64,000 bases of DNA from an uncultured Spirochaetales bacterium (GCA_964410865.1 CAYPIQ010000005.1:7037-71036), one strand, 5' to 3'. Positions 17,456 to 27,533 are shown, counted from the stretch's first letter. Program-made: numbers and translations. The notes: generated by a model not told the origin, from the letters alone.

Positions 17456-18067
17456 ATGGGAAATATGACCATGTATTTGACCTATGTGATATGTTTATTA
17501 TCAGGGTATCTCACAGGTTCGATATTGTTTGCCTATGTGATTACCAAATTGGTAAAAGGCGAAGATATAAGGAATCTGGGTAACCACAATCCGGGAGCGG
17601 CGAACACTTTTAAAAGCACGGGCAAGTTTTGGGGTATCTTGACGGGAGTTTTGGACGGTTCAAAGGCATTAATACCAATGCTCTTTGCAAGCCGTTTCTT
17701 TGAGGTATCCACGATTTCCGTTGGGCTCATCGGTATCGGAGCAATAATCGGGCATGGTTATCCGCTCTTTTTTAATTTCAAGGGAGGACGTGCCGCTGGG
17801 ACCTTAATGGGAATATATTTATTTTTTATTCCTAAAGAACTGCTAATTGCTTTTGTTATTATCCCATCGTTGGTTTTTTCGCTGATTAAAAAATACCGAA
17901 GTTTTTGGACGCCGTTTGGGATAATCGTGTTCAGTGCTGTCACATCGTTGTTTCTTGATCACACCACAGACGTAAAAATCATGGTTTGCGCGAGCGGCAT
18001 TGTTGGATTGTATTTTAATAGACATTTTCTCCCAAAAATAGTAAAAGCACTCACGCGACACGGATGA
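17456..18067 (+). CDS. plsY: Acyl-phosphate:glycerol-3-phosphate acyltransferase
   Basis: GSILFAY, DIRNLGNHNPGAAN, DGSKA, GHGYPLFFNFKGGRAA. Confidence 0.9.
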   Translation: MGNMTMYLTYVICLLSGYLTGSILFAYVITKLVKGEDIRNLGNHNPGAANTFKSTGKFWGILTGVLDGSKALIPMLFASRFFEVSTISVGLIGIGAIIGHGYPLFFNFKGGRAAGTLMGIYLFFIPKELLIAFVIIPSLVFSLIKKYRSFWTPFGIIVFSAVTSLFLDHTTDVKIMVCASGIVGLYFNRHFLPKIVKALTRHG

Positions 18068-18119
18068 TGAAGAACTGTTGTCGATTGCCCCTGCGTGAAC
18101 TATCCTGTTCCCCGCGAAG

Positions 18120-18169
18120 TGCCGGCGGGGAAACTCGAACTCCCACACCCGTGCGGGCGGCGGATTTTT
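18120..18169 (-). pseudogene. 3' half of a tRNA-Leu-like gene (att-type remnant)
   Basis: Minus strand AAAATCCGC-CGCCCGCACGGG-TGT-GGGAG TTCGAGT TTCCC-CGCCGGC-A: anticodon 3' arm, long variable arm, T arm and acceptor 3' strand; 5' half absent. Confidence 0.7.
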
Positions 18170-18233
18170 ACCCATCTTCGACAATTTGATTTTACAACTA
18201 CTTTTGGCGTAATAAATTAGATATAGAACGGAC

Positions 18234-18400
18234 CGCATTCAAAGAGTCAAAGCAACACTTGAGGCATATTCCAGTGGAGTGAGATAGCCGAAGCGCTTCC
18301 TCGGTCGTGTGTTTAACCTGTATTCGAGCATAGCAATTTCTTCATCGGATAACAAGGCATAATCGGTTTTTTTCGGCCATTCCCTCAGTGTTAACCCGAT
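18234..18400 (-). mobile_element. IS30-family transposase C-terminal fragment and right end
   Basis: PKKTDY..LSDEEI..LEYRLNTRPRKRFGYLTPLE..VAL. Confidence 0.8.
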
Positions 18401-18439
18401 TGCTTTCTCCACACTGCCTTTGGACAAAGCTGTCAAATA

Positions 18440-18850
18440 CACATGATCCGGTCGATGAATAATACGTTCGGATTACTCAAAGATTTGCTGGAACTTGAAC
18501 GCTTGTTGAGAGGAGAATCGGAATGACCGAGAAATGTCAAGGAAATTACGTACATATTGTCAAGATAAACTCCAGCGTACCCGAAGAAGCAATTATTGAA
18601 GGAAGGATGGGTGTGGCTCCCCACTCCCCAGGAGACGATTCTGGAAGCCCGAGCCGAACTGGAAAACGCAGTAGGTTCAGTTGTTGATACCGACCAGTGG
18701 ATGAAAGATCATCCGCCATCGGTGGTATTCGGACCGGGGACCGGATCACTGGCCCACCAAACGGATGAATATATCGAAATAGATAAGATTAAAGAGGCTG
18801 CAGGGATAATGGCCGGTACCATTCTCGACTGGTGCGGCTATGAAAAATAG
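18440..18850 (+). pseudogene. M20/ArgE-family deacylase remnant
   Basis: SSVPEEAIIEGRMGVAP, frameshift, ETILEARAELE...VFGPG...AHQTDEYIEI; stops and deletions. Confidence 0.7.
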
Positions 18851-18992
18851 AGGAGCCTGGGGCTTTCCGGAAAAGGTGCCTGTAATGCTCAGGCGGCTCC
18901 GGAAGTTGGAAAAGCAGCAGCCTTGACATTTATGACCCTGACGGTACAATGGGGGTAGATGTAAGATTACCCATCAAATCAAGGAGAAACAG

Positions 18993-20177
18993 ATGAATGT
19001 AGAAAGTCTTGTTGCCGACAGGGTCAGGATTATAAAGCCCAGCGCCATACGGGAGATTCTCAAGGTCGTAGGAAAGCCCGGGATGGTTTCGCTGGCCGGG
19101 GGGATACCGGCCCCCGACAGTTTCCCCATGGACATCATGGAAGATCTCGTTCAAAAGGTTTTCATGAAATATGGCTCTACAGCACTTCAATACGGAACCA
19201 CCGAAGGCTTTATGCCCCTCCGGGATGCCCTGGCCGTATACCTCGGTAAGAAGGGAATAAAAACCACCGGCGAACAGATATGCATCACCAGCGGCTCCCA
19301 GGGATGCCTCGATGCTATAGGCAAGGTTTTCATTAATCCCGGCGATAAAATCGCTATTGAAGCCCCCACATATTTGGCGGCCCTGCAGGCCTTCAATCCC
19401 TACGGGCCTGAATATGTAAGTATAGAAACGGACGAGAACGGCGTAATACCGGAATCGCTGAACGAGGTTCTTACCAAGAATAAGATAAAATTCATATACA
19501 TTATCCCGACATTTCAGAATCCTACCGGAAGGACAATACCCCTGGAAAGAAGGAAACAGATCACAGACATCATTCGGCACCATGATGTCCTGACTGTTGA
19601 GGATGACCCCTACGGTGAACTCCGTTTTCGGGGAGAAGTACAACCGCCGATCGCCACCATGGCACCGGACCAGGTGATGTACCTCAGTACGTTTTCGAAG
19701 ATCTTTGCCCCGGGCTTAAGGCTGGGATTCTATGTTGCTCCCGGTGGTGTCAATAACTGGCTCGTACGGGTCAAACAGGGGATAGATCTGCATACCAGTA
19801 CCTTTAACCAGGCCCTGGCGGCGGAGTATCTCTCCGGAGGATACCTGGAAAAGCAGCTGCCGAAGATCGTCAGTCTCTACGCTCCCAAGCAGAAAGCTAT
19901 GCTAAAAGGGCTGGATGATTTCTTCCCCGATTCTTTCACCTGGTCGAAACCGGAGGGCGGAATGTTTATTTGGGCCGAGGGACCCGAAGGTTTTGACGCC
20001 GAGGAGATGTATCCAAAGGCCATCGAGAAGAATGTAGCCTACGTTCCGGGTAAGTTTTTCTATGCGAATCCGGAAGACGGTCCCGGAACAATGCGGCTTA
20101 ACTTTACCATGTCAACGGCGGAAGAGGTATATGAAGCCGTAAAGACCCTGGGGGGGGTTATAAAGGCGGAGTTGTGA
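18993..20177 (+). CDS. PLP-dependent aminotransferase, class I (2-aminoadipate transaminase/MocR-like, no HTH)
   Basis: SAIREIL, SLAGGIP, ITSGSQ, FQNPTG, EDDPYGEL, STFSKIFAPGLRLG, PEGGMF. Confidence 0.92.
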   Translation: MNVESLVADRVRIIKPSAIREILKVVGKPGMVSLAGGIPAPDSFPMDIMEDLVQKVFMKYGSTALQYGTTEGFMPLRDALAVYLGKKGIKTTGEQICITSGSQGCLDAIGKVFINPGDKIAIEAPTYLAALQAFNPYGPEYVSIETDENGVIPESLNEVLTKNKIKFIYIIPTFQNPTGRTIPLERRKQITDIIRHHDVLTVEDDPYGELRFRGEVQPPIATMAPDQVMYLSTFSKIFAPGLRLGFYVAPGGVNNWLVRVKQGIDLHTSTFNQALAAEYLSGGYLEKQLPKIVSLYAPKQKAMLKGLDDFFPDSFTWSKPEGGMFIWAEGPEGFDAEEMYPKAIEKNVAYVPGKFFYANPEDGPGTMRLNFTMSTAEEVYEAVKTLGGVIKAEL

Positions 20178-20180
20178 AGT

Positions 20181-21509
20181 TCAGCCTTCAAGGGCTGACG
20201 TGATAAAAAACAGCATAAACACGGTTGCAAAGGTATACACCGAACTCAACGGTAGCTTCAGCAGATGGAAAATCAGCGCGGCGGCGGAGCCCCCGCAGAG
20301 GGTTACTATAGCGGTTATCCTCCCGCCCCGTTTCCAGTGGAACAAACCGAATATAAGCGGGAGAAAGCACAGAAGTATCGCCGAAGATGAAACGGAAAGC
20401 TCTACGATGTACCCGGGGCGGGTGAGAGAGAATAGAAGGACCGCCAGGGACAGTCCCAGGATTAGCAGCTTTCCGATCCATAGTCTCGAGTTCTTCCCGG
20501 TGATACTTCTCTGTACCATGGAGCTGAGTGTAAGGATTATAGAGTTGGCCGTTGAAACCGCTGCGAATATTATACTGAAAGCTATGGGAAGGGCTATCCA
20601 TCGGGCCAGGGAATCCATAACGGCATTAATGACATTGTCCCGTCCGGCTATTGCCGCGAGACGGCCTGTTTCGTGAGCATACCTTGCGGCAAATCCGATA
20701 AAGCAGACGATGCATGTATAAAGAATCCCGAACACGGTAAAAAGTAGAATCATTCTATTCAAAGAATGCCGGTCCCTTGGAATAAAAATTCGCTGAAGCA
20801 CCTGTGGATTGGTAAGGGCAAAAAAGAACCAGGGGAGTGTAAGATTAATAAAATGTATCGGAGTCCAGAAGGCGTTTGGGAATGTATCGAAATGAAATCC
20901 ACCGAACTCTTTGTGGCTCAAGACTACCGCTAAAACAGCAACAACTACCATGAAGACGCCCTGTATTGCATCCGTAATAGCCACACCCCGCAGGCCGCCT
21001 ATGGAAGCCCATAGCGCTATGGTACCGACGGCTATCGCTACGGCGGCGGTAAAGGAAATACCACCGTACATTTCAAATACAATCGATATTCCAATAACCT
21101 GGCTGGCCGTATAGGGAATCAAGGCCACAAGGGCGATAATAGCTGAAATGCCTCCTGTGGGGCTACCGTACCTGTCGGTGAAAAGGTCGGCGGGTGAAAT
21201 GATACCCTTTTCTTTTGACATGAGCCAAAGCCTTTTTCCGTATATGGAAAGAAGAATAACCGTCCCGGCAAGGTAGGTCAGTTCGAATATCATGGCACCG
21301 ATTCCGGAAGCAAAGGCGAGACCCACCAGGCCGACCATCATGAAAGCCGAGTAGGTCGTGGCTGCATAGGTCAGGGAGGATAGAACCCCGCTAAACCGGC
21401 GGCCTCCAAGATAGAATTCATCCTGAGTTTGTTTGCTCCTGTGGACTATCAGAGCAACCGCGGTTCCCAGACCGAGATAGGTTGAAAGAATAATAATAAA
21501 AGCCGTCAT
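20181..21509 (-). CDS. Sodium:solute symporter family transporter
   Basis: FYLGGR, ATTYSAFMMVG, GGLRGVAITDAIQG, AAVSTANS; multiple TM segments. Confidence 0.9.
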   Translation of the reverse strand: MTAFIIILSTYLGLGTAVALIVHRSKQTQDEFYLGGRRFSGVLSSLTYAATTYSAFMMVGLVGLAFASGIGAMIFELTYLAGTVILLSIYGKRLWLMSKEKGIISPADLFTDRYGSPTGGISAIIALVALIPYTASQVIGISIVFEMYGGISFTAAVAIAVGTIALWASIGGLRGVAITDAIQGVFMVVVAVLAVVLSHKEFGGFHFDTFPNAFWTPIHFINLTLPWFFFALTNPQVLQRIFIPRDRHSLNRMILLFTVFGILYTCIVCFIGFAARYAHETGRLAAIAGRDNVINAVMDSLARWIALPIAFSIIFAAVSTANSIILTLSSMVQRSITGKNSRLWIGKLLILGLSLAVLLFSLTRPGYIVELSVSSSAILLCFLPLIFGLFHWKRGGRITAIVTLCGGSAAALIFHLLKLPLSSVYTFATVFMLFFITSALEG

Positions 21510-21553
21510 ACAAGACTCCTCTCTTTTTAATATCTATACAGACTGATTCGCAC

Positions 21554-21644
21554 GCGGGATTCATACCCCGCGGCTTGCCGCGCTTTTCGGAGCCGAGCCG
21601 GCTGACTGCCTCGACAACGGTTGCGGTACGGGGTATGAATCCCG
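21554..21644. repeat. Palindromic REP/IS200-IS605-like element
   Basis: 14-bp inverted repeats GCGGGATTCATACC / GGTATGAATCCCGC enclosing the hairpin CGCGGCTTGCCGCG. Confidence 0.6.
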
Positions 21645-21668
21645 CATAAAATCCATACCTTGCAGAAC

Positions 21669-21705
21669 CAACATACCCCGCCCCTTGGGGCGGTGTATGT
21701 TGATT
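21669..21705. repeat. REP-like hairpin, copy A
   Basis: CAACATACCCCGCCCC-TT-GGGGCGGTGTATGTTG-ATT; same family as 36492-36527; may also terminate the DUF2804 transcript. Confidence 0.65.
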
Positions 21706-22741
21706 ACCACCGGTTTTTAACTTTCTCGGCAAAACCGAGCAGGTTTTTTATCTCGAGAACACTACCGTCATCCAGAACAGCCTTCCCGGAAAACCGGCCG
21801 AATACCTGGTGCTGACATGAACGAATGATGAGCGCATTTGTATCGGAGAACCTGTCAAGAATCGGCATAAAATCCATCTCAAACCTCCCGTCACTGCTGG
21901 TGAAGGTCCATGGCAGGAGGAACTCGGGTTCCGGTATGTTAAATGTTACCTCGTCGAGCTTATGGGCCTTGCCTTTATAAAACAGCATGTTCTCCGTGGC
22001 TGCCGAGGTGTCACCAAAGCCATAGCCGATATTAAAACCAAAGAGTTCACCCCCCACTATTCCGGAGGCGGATCCCCAGTACCAAGTATTTGCGTAGGTC
22101 CAGACACCCCGTCCCCAGTCCAGGACACCGAAGTCTGTCGAAGGATCAAATAACAATGCTCTATCCCCGTACTCCAGGCTTCCTTCGGCCCTCAGGCAGT
22201 TAACCTTCTGGTTATAATAAAAAGCCCGACGATTTTCCTGAAAGGGAGTTGCAATAACCATGGAATCCATGTCCTCCGGTTGAATGAGTCGAAGGGTGCC
22301 CGTAAGATTCCGACCCTCGTGAAAGGAGGGGATATCCACCGTAATGGTCCTCTCTCCCGATTTTCGGCGAATTTTAATAAAGACTCCCTTTTTGCGGAAG
22401 ATTACATCACCTTTGCGGGATGTTTCCGGCATCCGGAAAGAGCCCAGGGGGAAAGGGGTCATAACGGTTTTTGTCGTTTCTTCCTTTTTTATCAGATCCA
22501 ATATGGTAACCGAGACAAAGCCGAGATAACCATTATCAGCAACTGTAAAGGCGACCCCATAGTTCTCTGAAAGGATGCAGTAATAGTCCCACTCCTTGAT
22601 CCTGAAACCCGGGACCTTGATACGGCTACGATCATATTTCAGCAGGAGGTCCGTAGCCCAGCCGGGTTCGGTTAAGGTTCCGTCCGGGTTTAAGAGAGGC
22701 CCCGGCATCGAGATACGATGTTGTGTATGGTTTGTTTTCAT
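21704..22741 (-). CDS. DUF2804-family protein
   Basis: GPLLNPDGTL.EPGW, RIKEWDYY, FYYNQK, LDWGRGVW, FGFNIGYG, HQVFG. Confidence 0.85.
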   Translation of the reverse strand: MKTNHTQHRISMPGPLLNPDGTLTEPGWATDLLLKYDRSRIKVPGFRIKEWDYYCILSENYGVAFTVADNGYLGFVSVTILDLIKKEETTKTVMTPFPLGSFRMPETSRKGDVIFRKKGVFIKIRRKSGERTITVDIPSFHEGRNLTGTLRLIQPEDMDSMVIATPFQENRRAFYYNQKVNCLRAEGSLEYGDRALLFDPSTDFGVLDWGRGVWTYANTWYWGSASGIVGGELFGFNIGYGFGDTSAATENMLFYKGKAHKLDEVTFNIPEPEFLLPWTFTSSDGRFEMDFMPILDRFSDTNALIIRSCQHQVFGRFSGKAVLDDGSVLEIKNLLGFAEKVKNRW

Positions 22742-22857
22742 GGGGAGAGTATATGATGTTCCGGGCAGTGTTTCAACGATACTTATGCGGTCCCTGTAGT
22801 GGCTTTTTTACTAAAAAGGTTGTGGACCTTTTCTTTTTCATTCTTTATAATGCGCTC

Positions 22858-24144
22858 ATGTTCAGGCTCCAGTGTGTACTTTTGTGTTTGGTAATGACTG
22901 TGTGTAGTGCCCTTGGCCTCCCGGCCCTTGAGCCTATAGGATTGTTGATCCTTCCCTTTGAACCCCTGCTCGCGGATGGGAATGTGCCCCCGGAAGCGGA
23001 GCAACTGGTCCGGGACGTCCTCGTCGATTCTCCGGTTTTTCTGGTGAGAGACCCGGCTTATTATGATTCCTTCAAGAAAGAGGTCATGCTTCGACTCTCC
23101 GGCCTTACCGGGGAGGAGGAGGCGAGTCTGCCGGAAAGGGAGGATGTCGTATGTACCGGAAAAGTATTGGAAGAAGGGGGCGTAATCCGTCTGGAGCTTA
23201 CCCTTTCATCTCCCGGCCGGGAAGACTTGTTTCGTTCATGGAGGGGTTTTGGGCGCCGGGAAGCAGAGACTTGGGTGGCTACCGCCGAGGCATGGGTTAC
23301 CGGAGGAGAGGATTCGCTCGCGGGTTCCCTCGGAAGCCTTCGGGTATCTACAGAACCATCGGGTGCGTATGTGTGTATCCAGTCGGCCTTCGTGGGGGAA
23401 ACTCCATGGGAGGGTTCACTTCAGGAGGGATCCTGCCGGGTACTGACGGTCAAGCAGGGATATGACCCGGTGGTTGAGTATGTTAATATATTGCCTGGTG
23501 AAGATCACCTCCTCCATATAGATCTACAGGAGGCCGATTACGGATCGGAGGACTATCAGTTCGATTATTACAGGGATTATTTCTTTATCCCCTCCTTTTA
23601 TCTCGGAACGGTATCACACTTTTTTTTCAATGCCTGGGGATTCTACGGCCTTCTCGATGACCTGGGAGGGGTACCACAGAATCGTTTGGGCTTTATTTAC
23701 GGTCAGGGTATTGAAGCAACAATGTTCTCCCGGGGATTTCTCACGGGGATAAAGGCGATAACCTGTTTACCTTTCAGGGATCAAGTGGGAACTGTCCCGG
23801 GTCACCCCTGGCTTGTGGATGTCCACATCTCGCCCCTGCTGAACGGAGTGGTGAAACTGGGAAACATAACCCTTCTTTCCGCTCTTACCCTCCACGCACA
23901 GCTCATGGCGGACCGTTTTTTTACACCTTCGGAAATAAGCATAATGGAAATTCAAGCGGGAGTTCATTTCAGCAATTATTTTAACCTTCCGGTATCTCCG
24001 ACCCGGGCTTGGTATATCCAGCTCGATGTAGGGGCTGTATATGGACTGCTGCGATATCTGAACGGCGAGCAATATATCCAGGATACCGAAATCCTGTTTC
24101 CAAGCGGGTATTTCCAGATAACCCTGGGTCGTTCGTTCTACTAA
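22858..24144 (+). CDS. Secreted PEGA-domain protein
   Basis: Signal peptide from ATG 22858; PEGA-like LRVSTEPSGAYV...GETP...KQGY; aromatic C-terminal beta-rich region ending in FY. Confidence 0.7.
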   Translation: MFRLQCVLLCLVMTVCSALGLPALEPIGLLILPFEPLLADGNVPPEAEQLVRDVLVDSPVFLVRDPAYYDSFKKEVMLRLSGLTGEEEASLPEREDVVCTGKVLEEGGVIRLELTLSSPGREDLFRSWRGFGRREAETWVATAEAWVTGGEDSLAGSLGSLRVSTEPSGAYVCIQSAFVGETPWEGSLQEGSCRVLTVKQGYDPVVEYVNILPGEDHLLHIDLQEADYGSEDYQFDYYRDYFFIPSFYLGTVSHFFFNAWGFYGLLDDLGGVPQNRLGFIYGQGIEATMFSRGFLTGIKAITCLPFRDQVGTVPGHPWLVDVHISPLLNGVVKLGNITLLSALTLHAQLMADRFFTPSEISIMEIQAGVHFSNYFNLPVSPTRAWYIQLDVGAVYGLLRYLNGEQYIQDTEILFPSGYFQITLGRSFY

Positions 24145-24156
24145 GAGAGGAAAAAT

Positions 24157-25479
24157 TTGTTCCGTTCTATAAAAAAACCATTGTATATCGTCCTTGCCTG
24201 TATACTGTTCGGTCTGTCCCCCTTCATAGCGGCCGATGAAGCTCCCGGACCAGTGTCGGTGGTGGTACCCGTCCCCGGGACTACCTTTGGAGTGAGCGAT
24301 ATTCGCGGGAAACAGTGGTTCGAACTGCTGGATGAATGCATTAGAGAGATTCCGGACCTGACGTTGGCAGAAAAAAAGATCGATCTAGATTTCGAAGGAC
24401 CCGGATACCGGGCGGATTACTTTATTAAGGCCGACCTGGTGTACATCGATCACAGGTATCATTATACGCTGCTCCTTACCGAGATAGAAACAGGAGTAGC
24501 CGTACATATGGTGGAGGGAAGTTTTTTGTCCTGGGAGAAAGGGGAGGAAGCCCTGGCTGAAGGACTGGCAAACCTCGCCGGTCCTGAAACAGTTCCGACC
24601 GGCGACACGGGAACCTTGATCTTGTCGAGCTACCCCTCCGGAGCCCATTTCTTTATTAACGGCCGGTACGGGGGGCGTACACCCCTTCGCATACATCTTC
24701 CACCGGGGCGGTATGAAGGGTTGCTGGTCGCGGAAGGTTACCGGTACTATGTTTCTTTATTTCCGCTGCAAGCCGGGAGCACCCTTACCATGAGCCCGGT
24801 GATGGAATCGATAGAAAATCCTCTTATTAGGAATTTCGATTACACCGACTATCTTTTTACTCCTTCCACCGGAATCGGTGTGTTTGCTTCTGATGTCCTG
24901 GTTTCCTTCCCCGTATACGACGCCCTGTTCAACCACGACCTGCCCGAGGCACCCCGCCATTCTCTACCTGTTTCAGGTCTGGAGGTTTCCTGGTACCGTA
25001 AACACTGGCTCACCGGCTTAAGACTCGGCATTCCATTCCTGGAGAACCCCCATACCCTGGGAACAAGCCCCTTCGATCCTGATTCCGCCGGTATCTGGGC
25101 CGAGCTGCTCCTTTCTCCCATGGCTTCGGTTCCCCTGCGTTTCTATAATCTAACGGTAATGCCGAGTTTTCAGGTTGGGCTGCAGTTCCTCTGGGATGCC
25201 ACACTGTATCCGAACACAGGCGATACTCTGGATATACGCATTCTCTCAGGAATTGCCGGAGGAGAATTCTACGTGTATATCCCGGACAAAGATAATGAGT
25301 CCTCGTGGTATATCAAACTGGGTGCCTATGCCGGGTTTCCCTTCATTCAAGAGGTGCAAATGGCCGGGAGTGCTCTGGACCTTGTCCAATTTGCCACTGA
25401 TGAAACCAAATCATGGGACGGTACGTCGTACTGGTGGCCCACAGCCCACATTTTTCTGTCTGTCGGCAGAGCACGATAG
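24157..25479 (+). CDS. Secreted PEGA-domain protein
   Basis: Signal peptide; LILSSYPSGAHFFING..GGRTPL..L.PGRY...AEGY; paralogous architecture to the upstream gene. Confidence 0.75.
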   Translation: MFRSIKKPLYIVLACILFGLSPFIAADEAPGPVSVVVPVPGTTFGVSDIRGKQWFELLDECIREIPDLTLAEKKIDLDFEGPGYRADYFIKADLVYIDHRYHYTLLLTEIETGVAVHMVEGSFLSWEKGEEALAEGLANLAGPETVPTGDTGTLILSSYPSGAHFFINGRYGGRTPLRIHLPPGRYEGLLVAEGYRYYVSLFPLQAGSTLTMSPVMESIENPLIRNFDYTDYLFTPSTGIGVFASDVLVSFPVYDALFNHDLPEAPRHSLPVSGLEVSWYRKHWLTGLRLGIPFLENPHTLGTSPFDPDSAGIWAELLLSPMASVPLRFYNLTVMPSFQVGLQFLWDATLYPNTGDTLDIRILSGIAGGEFYVYIPDKDNESSWYIKLGAYAGFPFIQEVQMAGSALDLVQFATDETKSWDGTSYWWPTAHIFLSVGRAR

Positions 25480-25488
25480 GAGGTCATC

Positions 25489-26709
25489 ATTAACAAGCAC
25501 ATACGTACGGCGGCTATACTATTACTCCCGGTTCTTATCGGCGGCTGCACAACGGTGCAGCAATTCGGACAGGCCTGTAAAGAGGGAAATACCGATTATG
25601 TTCTTTCCTTCCTTGATAGGGGAGGAGACCCGAACGAAGTTATCAACGGTTGGCATGAAAGAGCTCTCCACCTGGCGGCCTCCCGGGGCAATTTGAGTGT
25701 TATCCCCGTCCTGCTCGAGTACGGGGCCGATACCGAGGCCAGAGATTACCGGGGGCAGACGCCCCTTTCAGTCGCTGCTTGGTGGGGAAACACCGAAGCA
25801 TGTAAACTCCTGTTGGCCGGTGGAGCTGTGGTGGATGCGCAGGACAACAGGGGAGCCACGCCCCTCTGGTACGCGGCTCGTAACGGTCACCATCAGGTAG
25901 TAGAGCTCCTGCTTAAACATGGGGCGTCTACTGTTTCCGCCGAAAGCGACGACGGCAGCGGACCTCTGTCCCCACTTGAGGCCGGAGTCCTGAGCGGTGA
26001 TCGAAGAACCTGCAGATCTTTGATACAAGCAGGTATGGATCCCGATGGATCGGATGAATCTTTCTGGTCGCCCCTCACTCTAGCCGTACAGAGGGAGATG
26101 CCGGACATGGTAGAACTGCTCCTGTCACTGGGCGCCGATCCCGGGCGGCCTGATCCCGGGGGGCGATACCCCCGCAAACTGGCGGAAGAGAGCAAAGACG
26201 GTATCATGCTCCGCCTGCTCGAAGATGAGTGGGCCGAGATCAGTCCTTCGGCGGCCCAGGCCTTTACCGGCAGACTCCTGAGCCACGGTAGGATAGCCCT
26301 CTGGATAGCTCCCGTAACGCGGTTGGGAAGGGAGAATTACGAGTCGGATAGCCCGATGGATAAGCGCCTTGAGGGTATTTTAAGCTCAATCATTTTCTCC
26401 AGCGGTGATTACACCCTGCTGAATCGTGAAGATATAGACGCTTACGCAAGGGAAATGGAATGGCAGCTTTCCGGCTTCGGTTCCGAGGATGAGGGAGCCG
26501 GTATAGGAAAACTGCTGGGGGCAGAGTTCATTCTGGTTCCCGAATTATTGTACCAGGAGACTGGAATCTTTCTTGCTGTGAAACTTTACGATCTAGAGAG
26601 AGCAGCGACGGCCGGAACTGCCCTGGTCGAGCTCGACAATCCCCCTGATCTCCGGGAATCGGCTAGGAAGGCCATGGAAGAAGCCGGTCTCCTTACAAGG
26701 GGCTTATAA
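25489..26709 (+). CDS. Ankyrin-repeat lipoprotein with C-terminal CsgG/TolB-N-like domain
   Basis: Ankyrin repeats (ALHLAA, GQTPLSVAA, GATPLWYAA); LNREDID...IGKLLGAEFIL; lipobox LIGG-C if the start is ATT 25489 after AGGAGG. Confidence 0.75.
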   Translation: MNKHIRTAAILLLPVLIGGCTTVQQFGQACKEGNTDYVLSFLDRGGDPNEVINGWHERALHLAASRGNLSVIPVLLEYGADTEARDYRGQTPLSVAAWWGNTEACKLLLAGGAVVDAQDNRGATPLWYAARNGHHQVVELLLKHGASTVSAESDDGSGPLSPLEAGVLSGDRRTCRSLIQAGMDPDGSDESFWSPLTLAVQREMPDMVELLLSLGADPGRPDPGGRYPRKLAEESKDGIMLRLLEDEWAEISPSAAQAFTGRLLSHGRIALWIAPVTRLGRENYESDSPMDKRLEGILSSIIFSSGDYTLLNREDIDAYAREMEWQLSGFGSEDEGAGIGKLLGAEFILVPELLYQETGIFLAVKLYDLERAATAGTALVELDNPPDLRESARKAMEEAGLLTRGL

Positions 26710-27122
26710 GACGGCGGGAGGTTCTTCCAGTAATGCGTCTGATGACAGATCCTCCATCAGCTCACCATAGGACATCTTGTCCAAAAGCTTCGCCTGGCTC
26801 GCTTTTTTCACCATCCTGGAAGTAATGAGTGATCGATATGGTTCCCTGGAAACACCTCGGCGAAAAGCGGCTCCATGGCCTCTAGGTAATACGCCTAGAG
26901 CACCGATACGTCTTTGCATCCCTTTACCCGAGCTCTGTATGAGTACGCCGAAAGGTCATTCACCGTGCCGGGGTCCCGCTTCAAGGTTCCGTCGATGGTG
27001 ATGTGGTGTTCTGCCGCAACCCGGCTGATCCGGTTTGCATAGAAGGCCTTCCGTTTTCCGCCATCCATTCCAAGTTTCTTGAAGAGTGCTCCGACGGTAT
27101 TCTTGCTCAGTACCACCTTGGG
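26704..27122 (-). pseudogene. IS4/IS1634-like DDE transposase remnant with internal deletion
   Basis: LSKNTV..F...HHITIDGTLK...DLSAYSYRARVKG..DVSVL*AY..EAMEP..AEVFPGN; in-frame stop, then a C-terminal piece. Confidence 0.7.
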
Positions 27123-27192
27123 ATAGTTGCTCATGCCGCCGCGCGGCAGCCGAAACGATGAAAATAGGCGGATACCGCTATTTTCGTATTAG
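27123..27192 (-). repeat. MITE-like double-hairpin repeat, copy 1
   Basis: Reverse complement CTAATACGAAAATAGCGGTATCCGCCTATTTTCATCGTTTCGGCTGCCGCGCGGCGGCATGAGCAACTAT. Confidence 0.85.
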
Positions 27193-27533
27193 TGAGAATC
27201 GGGTACAAGTATCAGTTTAACCCGCTGGTAGCAAAAAATTCCTTCATATACCCAACTCGGCATGGCAGCTATTCTTCCGTGCAAAACATTGGAGGTTGAT
27301 CCGACTCCCATGCAAGCCCGTTGTGATGGAATCCCGGCCAACGGGCTGGGAGGGCGGCAGAAAGTGCTCGACGCCTGGGAACAAGCACGACGGAATACTT
27401 TTAAAGCGAAGGCTTTTTATATTAAACAGTTTCTTGATCTACCTAAGTCAGAACAGTGCCTCGTTTGGGTAAAGGGGTAAAAATTTTAACACATATGAAA
27501 CAAAAATAAAAAATCCTCGGCAATGATAGTAGC

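Noticed and set aside
18120-18169. Functional tRNA gene
   Set aside because: D arm and 5' acceptor strand are absent; only the 3' half is present.
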